Shown: in pieces, positions 57,818 through 64,000 of the stretch
How the letters are laid out: each line of letters begins with the position of its first letter
Position numbering within the stretch: the stretch's first letter is position 1
Assembly: GCA_965203175.1 (NCBI GenBank)
Contig: OZ241867.1
Location: forward strand, 6,240,001 to 6,304,000
DNA length: 64,000 nucleotides
Direction: 5' to 3'
Source of the DNA: Candidatus Latescibacterota bacterium
GTDB taxonomy: Bacteria > Latescibacterota > UBA2968 > UBA8231
Notes under the pieces: model-generated
Seen by the model: only the letters and a program-made list of their open reading frames with translations
Databases searched by the model: none
What the model was told of the DNA's origin: nothing
Made by a program: the position numbers and the translations under genes

Positions 57818-58317
57818 GCGAGACACGCGGTTATTCGTACGGGGATTTTGTGCTCGACCCGCAAAAGATGCGTTTCAGCCGCTCCGAGCGCGGCAGCTTG
57901 ATCCTCACGGTCGACGGCGAGGAACACACCGACCTCAAGATCCGCCGCGCCTTCCCATTAGAAGAGTCCGACCGCTACATCGGCGTCTTTGCCGCCGAAG
58001 ACCAAGAACTCGGCATAATCGAAGACCCGCAGCAACTCGACGACCAAAGCCGTCAAGTGCTCCTAGACGAGCTCAACAAGATTTACTTCCAACCGCAGGT
58101 CCTCGCTTTCGATAGCCTCGACGAAGAATTCGGAGTACTGCGCGGCCAGATCGAAACCACCAGCGGCCCTCGTCGACTCGAAATCCGCAGCTACCGCACC
58201 AATGTGCGCATGCTCTCTGGTGGCCGAGCTATCATTGAGGACGTCGATGGCAATCGCTATCTGATCGCCAACTGGCGGGCGCTGCCACAAAAAACGCGCG
58301 AGATTCTGGGGCTGTAG
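57814..58317 (+). CDS. DUF1854 domain protein
   Basis: RAFPL..YI..ELGII..YFQPQV..IEDVDGNRYLI. ATGA overlap with the ABC gene. Confidence 0.8.
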   Translation: MSETRGYSYGDFVLDPQKMRFSRSERGSLILTVDGEEHTDLKIRRAFPLEESDRYIGVFAAEDQELGIIEDPQQLDDQSRQVLLDELNKIYFQPQVLAFDSLDEEFGVLRGQIETTSGPRRLEIRSYRTNVRMLSGGRAIIEDVDGNRYLIANWRALPQKTREILGL

Positions 58318-58335
58318 AGCGAGGACGGACTGCGG

Positions 58336-59145
58336 TTAGCCGGCAAAATACGCCCGCATCTTCTCCAGACCAATCCGGGCGACTTCCGCCGGATCCTGCT
58401 CCCATAGCCCCGGATTAAACAACTCCAACGACACAAACCCCTCGTATCCCTGCGCCTGAGCCAGCCGCTCGATCTCGCGCAACGGCCCGACTCCGTCGCC
58501 CGGCATCACTCGGTCGGCGTCGCTTTGTTCGGCAAACGGCTTGTCGCCGGGGGCATCGTTCCAGTGCCAGACCGCAACCTTGTCGCCGGGCACCTTGGCG
58601 ATGCTTTCGATAGGACCGCCACCGCGCACTATGTGGAACGGGTCCATGATCAAACTCGCATCTGGATGGTCGGCGTCTTCGGCGATCTGCCAAGCTTGGT
58701 CAATGGTGTACACGCTTTGCACGAAGCCTAGGTATTCCATCGCCGGCCGCACGCCGATTTCTTTGCCGATTTCCAGCAATTCGCGGTAATCGGCTCCGCC
58801 TCGGCTCAGGTCGCAGGGATCTCGCGGCGGACTGGCGACGATAAATTCGGCCCCCACTGCTACTGCCTGCGCCATCCGCCGCCGCACCTCCTCCAATGCC
58901 TGCTCCCGCGCTGCGCCCTCAGCCCCCAACCAACCGTGAAGTGCAATGACGGTCGGCACCGCTAACCCGTAGTCGGCCAGTGCCAGCCGCACATCCGCGA
59001 GCAAACCGCCCTGCTGCTCGTGCGCGGTCAAGTCGTCGTTCCACAGCTCAATGCCCTGGTAGCCGGTCTGTCCGGCGATGTGGATTTTATCCATCAGCGA
59101 CGCCGGGCGGATCGTCGATGTGTTGAGCGCGTATTGCACCGTCAT
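58336..59145 (-). CDS. Sugar phosphate isomerase/epimerase (TIM barrel)
   Basis: ALNTSTI, GYQGIELW, DPFH, HWND, DRVMPGDG, SLELFN. Confidence 0.88.
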   Translation of the reverse strand: MTVQYALNTSTIRPASLMDKIHIAGQTGYQGIELWNDDLTAHEQQGGLLADVRLALADYGLAVPTVIALHGWLGAEGAAREQALEEVRRRMAQAVAVGAEFIVASPPRDPCDLSRGGADYRELLEIGKEIGVRPAMEYLGFVQSVYTIDQAWQIAEDADHPDASLIMDPFHIVRGGGPIESIAKVPGDKVAVWHWNDAPGDKPFAEQSDADRVMPGDGVGPLREIERLAQAQGYEGFVSLELFNPGLWEQDPAEVARIGLEKMRAYFAG

Positions 59146-59167
59146 GTTGCTTCCTTTCTCGTTTTTG

Positions 59168-60190
59168 TTAAGCGACGCATAAAAAATCATTCCCCTCTAC
59201 CATCCCCAATTCACCCAACGCCTCTCGAATCAGCGCCCGCGCTCCCCGCGACGCCACGGCCGCCAATAGAATCGGCCGCTCGTGACTCGTCCACCACATC
59301 GATAAGTCATCCGGCCCAACTACGGGCTTGCGCCGCAAGGTGCCGCCGATTCTCTTGGGCGCGATATCGACAAATACATCGGGAGCGCGGCCTTCGCGCT
59401 CCAAGTGTTTGGCGAGTCGACGACCGGTCTTGCCCGCGCCCCAGACGGCCAACCCATCCCGCTCTTGCAGCGGCCCGGCGCAAAGATAATGCGCTTTGGC
59501 GCGGAGAAAATTCTCCACTGAGTAGCGACCCTGCACGTGTGTGGCCCGCCGCGGATGCTCGCGCCAGTAGTGCAAGACCTCCGGCACCTTGGCAAAGCGC
59601 CGTCCCGCCGCCCGATAGCGCAACCACAGATCGTAGTCTTCTGGCCATCCCCGGTCTTGGTATCCCCCCAAGGCCACCAACTCCTCGCGGCGCATCATGG
59701 CCGATGGATTGGCGATGGGACTCTCAATAAAAAACTCTCGTTCAATCGCCGCGCTATCCACCAAGCCGTTCAACCAAGCCTCGTACACCAACATCCCCTC
59801 TCCGGTCTCCTCGCGCGGAAAGATCTCTACCAAACAGCTCACAACACTCAAGTTAGGATCCCCTTCCAACCACGCGAGTTGTTTTTCCAAGCGCTCGGGG
59901 TGCATCCGGTCGTCGGCGTCCATGCGCGCCACGTACGCGCCCCGACACAGGGCCAAGCCCCGATTAGGTGCCTCGACAATGCCTTGGTGGTCGGATAGCA
60001 ATGCCTTAAAGCGGCGGTCGCGGCGATTCCATTCCAAGAGCATGTCCCCACTCCCGTCCTCCGAGCCGTCGTCTATGGCCACTACCTCAAAGTCGTCGCA
60101 ACTCTGCGCTTGGATACTCTCTAGCGTTTCCGCTAGTGTAGCGGCCGCATTGAACACGGGCAATAGAACCGATACGCGGGGCGTTTTCAT
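59168..60190 (-). CDS. GT2 glycosyltransferase
   Basis: VSVLLPVFN, DDGS, ARMDADD, EDYDLWLR. Confidence 0.9.
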   Translation of the reverse strand: MKTPRVSVLLPVFNAAATLAETLESIQAQSCDDFEVVAIDDGSEDGSGDMLLEWNRRDRRFKALLSDHQGIVEAPNRGLALCRGAYVARMDADDRMHPERLEKQLAWLEGDPNLSVVSCLVEIFPREETGEGMLVYEAWLNGLVDSAAIEREFFIESPIANPSAMMRREELVALGGYQDRGWPEDYDLWLRYRAAGRRFAKVPEVLHYWREHPRRATHVQGRYSVENFLRAKAHYLCAGPLQERDGLAVWGAGKTGRRLAKHLEREGRAPDVFVDIAPKRIGGTLRRKPVVGPDDLSMWWTSHERPILLAAVASRGARALIREALGELGMVEGNDFLCVA

Positions 60191-60247
60191 AATTGCAAGT
60201 TATAAGAGCTTGACATTTTTTCGCTCAATGCCCGATTTTTAATTCCT

Positions 60248-61009
60248 ATGATACATCTCAAATCGCCCTTGGAAATCGACCGCATCCGCGCCAGTTGCCG
60301 CATCGCCGCCGAAGCCATGCTCCGCGTCGAAGAAGCCCTCGCGCCCGGGGTCACCACCCTTCACCTCGACCAAATAGCGGACCGCTACATCCGCAGCCAA
60401 GGGGCCGTCGCCAGTGCCTTGGGCTACCGCGGCTTCCCCCGCAGCATTTGCGTCTCGGTCAATGACGAAGTCGTCCACGGCATCCCCGGAGACCGCGTCC
60501 TGCAAGAGGGAGATATCCTCGCCGTTGACATTGCTGTTAAAAAGGATGGCTTTCACGGCGATATGAACGTCACCATGAAAGCCGGCTGCGTGACCTCTGA
60601 GGCTCAGCGCCTGCTCGACGCTACGCGTCAAAGCTTGGAGGAGGGATTGGCTGCCTGCACACCAGGACGCCGCCTCGGCGACATTGGCCACGCCATCCAA
60701 AGCTATGTCGAAGCGCGCGGCTTTTCCATCGTGCGCGAATACTGCGGCCACGGCATTGGCCGCAATTTCCACGAGGAACCGCAACTGCTCCACTACGGCA
60801 AGGCCGGCACGGGCCGCCGCCTGCAAAACGGCATGGTCTTCACCATCGAGCCAATGGTCAACGAAGGCGCGCACGACACGCGCGTGCTCGACGACGACTG
60901 GACGGCTGTCACCGCCGACGGCAAGCTCTCGGCTCAATACGAGCACACCGTGGCCGTCACCAACGACGGGCCGGCCGTGCTGTCGCGCTTTGACGATTTG
61001 CCGTACTGA
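60248..61009 (+). CDS. map: Methionine aminopeptidase type I
   Basis: SVNDEVVHGIP, GHGIG..FHE, FTIEPM, AQYEHT. Confidence 0.97.
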   Translation: MIHLKSPLEIDRIRASCRIAAEAMLRVEEALAPGVTTLHLDQIADRYIRSQGAVASALGYRGFPRSICVSVNDEVVHGIPGDRVLQEGDILAVDIAVKKDGFHGDMNVTMKAGCVTSEAQRLLDATRQSLEEGLAACTPGRRLGDIGHAIQSYVEARGFSIVREYCGHGIGRNFHEEPQLLHYGKAGTGRRLQNGMVFTIEPMVNEGAHDTRVLDDDWTAVTADGKLSAQYEHTVAVTNDGPAVLSRFDDLPY

Positions 61010-61066
61010 GCTTGCTCAGCGGCGGCATTTTCTTATTTTTTGAGTCCATTTCACAAGGAGAACAAC

Positions 61067-61360
61067 ATGGCAAGACCAAAAAAAGTCCAATCCAACGGCG
61101 ACGACGACAACGCTGAATTTTCGTTTGACCCCGGCACGCAGATCGAGCTAGAGATGGAAGACACCTGCTGCATCACTGGCGAGCCCGTCGGATTCAGCTT
61201 TTGTCGCTTCCCCGACTACAAAAATGGCACTATGATGGTCATGTCCAAAAGCGTGATGCTTGAGCACCTACGCGCTGGCGACTCCATCGCTACGTTCAAA
61301 GAAGTGCTAGTCAAGCGTCACGGCAAGACAGTCTTAAAAGAGCACTACTCAAACCACTAG
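61067..61360 (+). CDS. Small hypothetical protein
   Basis: SD AAGGAG before the ATG and a terminator after the stop. Confidence 0.7.
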   Translation: MARPKKVQSNGDDDNAEFSFDPGTQIELEMEDTCCITGEPVGFSFCRFPDYKNGTMMVMSKSVMLEHLRAGDSIATFKEVLVKRHGKTVLKEHYSNH

Positions 61361-61382
61361 GCAACGCGCAACACCTACCTGT

Positions 61383-61422
61383 AAAAGAAGGGATGGTCCT
61401 ACTGCGGACCATCCCTTCTTTT
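61383..61422. terminator. Bidirectional intrinsic terminator
   Basis: AAAAGAAGGGATGGTCC/GGACCATCCCTTCTTTT between convergent genes. Confidence 0.9.
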
Positions 61423-61438
61423 GCTATGTGCCGACGTC

Positions 61439-62020
61439 TTACGAGCGGGCCAACAGGGTCTCGATATCCTCGCCTAATACCCCGCGGGGATTGGGCCGGC
61501 CGCTCCTATCGCGCGGTACGCCTAAGTGCGTCTTGTACACGCGGCCTTCGCGATCAAAAATAAAGGTGAGTGGCACGGGCACAGTCGCCAAATTCTCTTT
61601 GTAAAAGGCGCGGAGCAACTCGTATTGGCCGTCGTGAACCACTGGGTAGTTGATAGCCAAGCGCTCGACGAACTCGCCTATTAGGGGTAGGACGCGCTCG
61701 GTGGGGCCTTGATCTAGGGAAATGCCAATGATCGCTACCTGCTCGGGATCGTAATCATTGCTCATCTCGACCAAGGCTGGGATCTCGTAGCGGCACGGGC
61801 CGCACCAAGTCGCCCAAAAGTTAACCAAGACGATCTTGCCCTCGTAATCGCGCAAATCCACGCTCCGGCCCTGATAGTCGCTCCACTTAGTAGACTGCGG
61901 GGGGAAAAGCTTGTCTCCTCGCGGCTCGGGGGAGTCACAGCTCAGCGCTAGGAATGCCAACCCACTCACAAACCCTTTGATCGCCATTGCGCGCATAGCA
62001 GCAGTACGTCTTGTATTCAA
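61439..62020 (-). CDS. TlpA-family thiol-disulfide oxidoreductase (lipoprotein)
   Basis: Lipobox LALSC, NFWATWCGPC, cis-Pro VPLTF. Confidence 0.9.
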   Translation of the reverse strand: MNTRRTAAMRAMAIKGFVSGLAFLALSCDSPEPRGDKLFPPQSTKWSDYQGRSVDLRDYEGKIVLVNFWATWCGPCRYEIPALVEMSNDYDPEQVAIIGISLDQGPTERVLPLIGEFVERLAINYPVVHDGQYELLRAFYKENLATVPVPLTFIFDREGRVYKTHLGVPRDRSGRPNPRGVLGEDIETLLARS

Positions 62021-64000
62021 CTGGAACGGCGTAAACCCACGGGCGCTTGCACCTTGGGCGTTAGCTGGGTGGATCGGGGGCCGATCAACTCCTCAATGCC
62101 GCGCAGCAAATCGTCACAGGGATCGACGCGAATCGTCTTCGAGCGCACCATTTTGTCCTGCTCGTCGCCGTTTTTGAGCTGGAGCCACAGCTCGCAATCG
62201 CCCATGTGACGCTCGCAGAGGCGGCGCAGTCGGCTGAGCAGGGGGTCGCCCACTTTCTGGTAGGGCAGCGACAAGGTGACGGATTTGGTCAGTTCCGCTC
62301 GCGCCGATTTGAGGGGTAGGGCGCGGTCGGCCTGCAGACTAAGGCGTCCGTTGCGCTCGCAGACGCGGCCCTCTACGAGGATGGTTTCGCCTTCCACGAG
62401 TAACTGTTGGTGATTGGCGAAGGCTTCGGCGAAAAACGCGATATCGCCCGTGTCGTTGAGGTCTTTGAGCGTGACAAAGGCAAAGGAATTGCCGCGGCGG
62501 TCGAAGAGCTTGCGCACCTCCTCGACTAGGCCGCCGACCCGCAGTGGCGTGCCATCGTGCTGCCCCTCTATCTCGCTTAAGGGCTGAGCAAAGTTTTTTA
62601 GGTCGCGGGCGTAGGGCTTGAGCGGATGGCTGGAAATATAGAAGCCCAACAGGTCGCGTTCCTTGGCCAGTTTCTCGCGCTCGGACCACTCCTCGACTTC
62701 GGGCAGTTCCTGCACCACCAACTCGGACGAGTCGCCGCCGTCGAAGAGGCTGATCTGCCCCTTCTCGCGGTCTTCCTGGGCCTTGCCTGCGGCCTTTAAC
62801 GCCAGCTCTAGTGCCTCCATTTTCTGTGCGCGATGACCTTCAAGACCGTCCAATGCCCCAGCAGCAATCAGACTCTCGACCACGCGCCGGTTGACTGCGC
62901 GCAAGTCGATGCGCTCGCAGAATTCGAACAGGGTAGTAAAAGGCCCATCGGCAATCCGCGTATCGACCATGCTCTGCGCCGCACCCTCGCCGACGTTTTT
63001 GATTGCCGCCAAGCCATAGCGAATGCCCTCGTCCGTCGGCGTAAAGTTGAGCGTACTCTGGTTGACGTCCGGCGGCAGGACGGGGATGCCCATGCGGTGG
63101 CATTCGTCGAGCAAGACGGTCAGCCGATCCGTATCTTTGCGTTCAAGAGTCAGGCTGGCGGCCATGTACTCTTGGGGGTGATGGGTCTTGAGATACGCAT
63201 TTTTGTACGCGCCCTCGGCATAGCAGGCCGCGTGCGCCTTGTTGAAGCCATAGCCGGCAAAAATCTCGATCTCGCCAAACAGCTTGTTGGCCAATGCCCT
63301 TTCTACCCCGTGTGCGACGCAGCCGCCGACGAAGTCTTTTTTCACCTTGGCCATTTCCTCGGGTTTTTTCTTGCCCATTGCCTTGCGCAAAATATCGGCT
63401 TGGCCGAGGGTAAAACCGGCCAACTCTTGGGCAATGCGCATGACCTGCTCCTGATAGACCATGACCCCATAGGTCGGCTCCAAAATCGACTCTAACTTGG
63501 GGTGGTCGTAGGAGACGGCCTCTTCGCCGTGCTTGCGGGCGATGAAGGTCGGGATCTTGTCCATCGGCCCCGGGCGATAGAGGGCATTCATGGCGATAAT
63601 GTCTTCGATGGTGTCCGGCTTAAACTTGCTCAGATATTCGCGCATCCCCGCGGATTCAAACTGGAAAACGCCAATCGTCTCGCCGCGGCCGAACAAGTCG
63701 AAAGTGGCCCGGTCGTCCCACGGAATGGCTTCCAAATCAAAGTCCGGCTCCTCGAGTTGAATCAGCCGCACGGCCTCCTCGACCAGTGACAGCTCCTTCA
63801 AGCCCAAGATGTCCATCTTCAGCAGGCCGATGTCCATACAAGTCTCGCCGACGAACTGGGTGGTTATTCTACCGTCTTTGGGGGAGCGATAGAGCGGCAC
63901 GTAGTCGGTCAGTTCACCGGGAGCGATGATGACCGCGCAGGCGTGGACCGAGGCGTGACGCGCCATGCCCTCCAACCTGCGGGCGTATTCGATCAGCTTG
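62017..64000 (-). CDS. dnaE: DNA polymerase III alpha subunit, 5' part outside window
   Basis: GLLKMDILG, VFQFES, ALYRPGP, YGFNKAH, PDVN, OB fold. Confidence 0.97.
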   Translation of the reverse strand, partial: KLIEYARRLEGMARHASVHACAVIIAPGELTDYVPLYRSPKDGRITTQFVGETCMDIGLLKMDILGLKELSLVEEAVRLIQLEEPDFDLEAIPWDDRATFDLFGRGETIGVFQFESAGMREYLSKFKPDTIEDIIAMNALYRPGPMDKIPTFIARKHGEEAVSYDHPKLESILEPTYGVMVYQEQVMRIAQELAGFTLGQADILRKAMGKKKPEEMAKVKKDFVGGCVAHGVERALANKLFGEIEIFAGYGFNKAHAACYAEGAYKNAYLKTHHPQEYMAASLTLERKDTDRLTVLLDECHRMGIPVLPPDVNQSTLNFTPTDEGIRYGLAAIKNVGEGAAQSMVDTRIADGPFTTLFEFCERIDLRAVNRRVVESLIAAGALDGLEGHRAQKMEALELALKAAGKAQEDREKGQISLFDGGDSSELVVQELPEVEEWSEREKLAKERDLLGFYISSHPLKPYARDLKNFAQPLSEIEGQHDGTPLRVGGLVEEVRKLFDRRGNSFAFVTLKDLNDTGDIAFFAEAFANHQQLLVEGETILVEGRVCERNGRLSLQADRALPLKSARAELTKSVTLSLPYQKVGDPLLSRLRRLCERHMGDCELWLQLKNGDEQDKMVRSKTIRVDPCDDLLRGIEELIGPRSTQLTPKVQAPVGLRRSS

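Overview
Bacterial chromosomal segment, mostly GC-rich. FlgD-Ig, dockerin-like and W-x-x-V-K-tailed secreted proteins plus ankyrin and FG-GAP proteins suggest a Latescibacterota/FCB-type lineage, possibly host-associated; this is inference. It has three parts. (1) 1-13.7 kb: an accessory tract of 13 co-oriented + strand genes (two APH-like phosphotransferases, three ankyrin proteins, sulfotransferase, P-loop kinase, methyltransferase, oxidoreductase, a secreted FlgD-Ig protein and fragments). It carries one intact and several partial attC-like sites but no integrase in view, so it resembles an eroded integron cassette array. One attC-like site appears split around a gene. (2) Core genes: M42 peptidase, hpt, recA (perfect -35 with a LexA-like box), radA, prmC, prfA, DUF1385, rpmE2, rho, dnaG, tRNA-Ile2(CAT), tRNA-Val(CAC), mpl, hisC, relA/spoT, recD2, glcD, map and partial dnaE. 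(3) 37.8-49.9 kb: a tightly coupled operon of unknown function and the best candidate for an undescribed system. It encodes a NusG-II/Gx pair, two OPT-like polytopic membrane proteins, a 1583-aa fusion of a nicalin/nicastrin-like M28 domain with altered metal ligands to an FtsX/MacB permease, a soluble unknown protein, a PqqD/RRE protein and a PAP2-like protein, with no ABC ATPase. All family assignments are by eye, without database searches.
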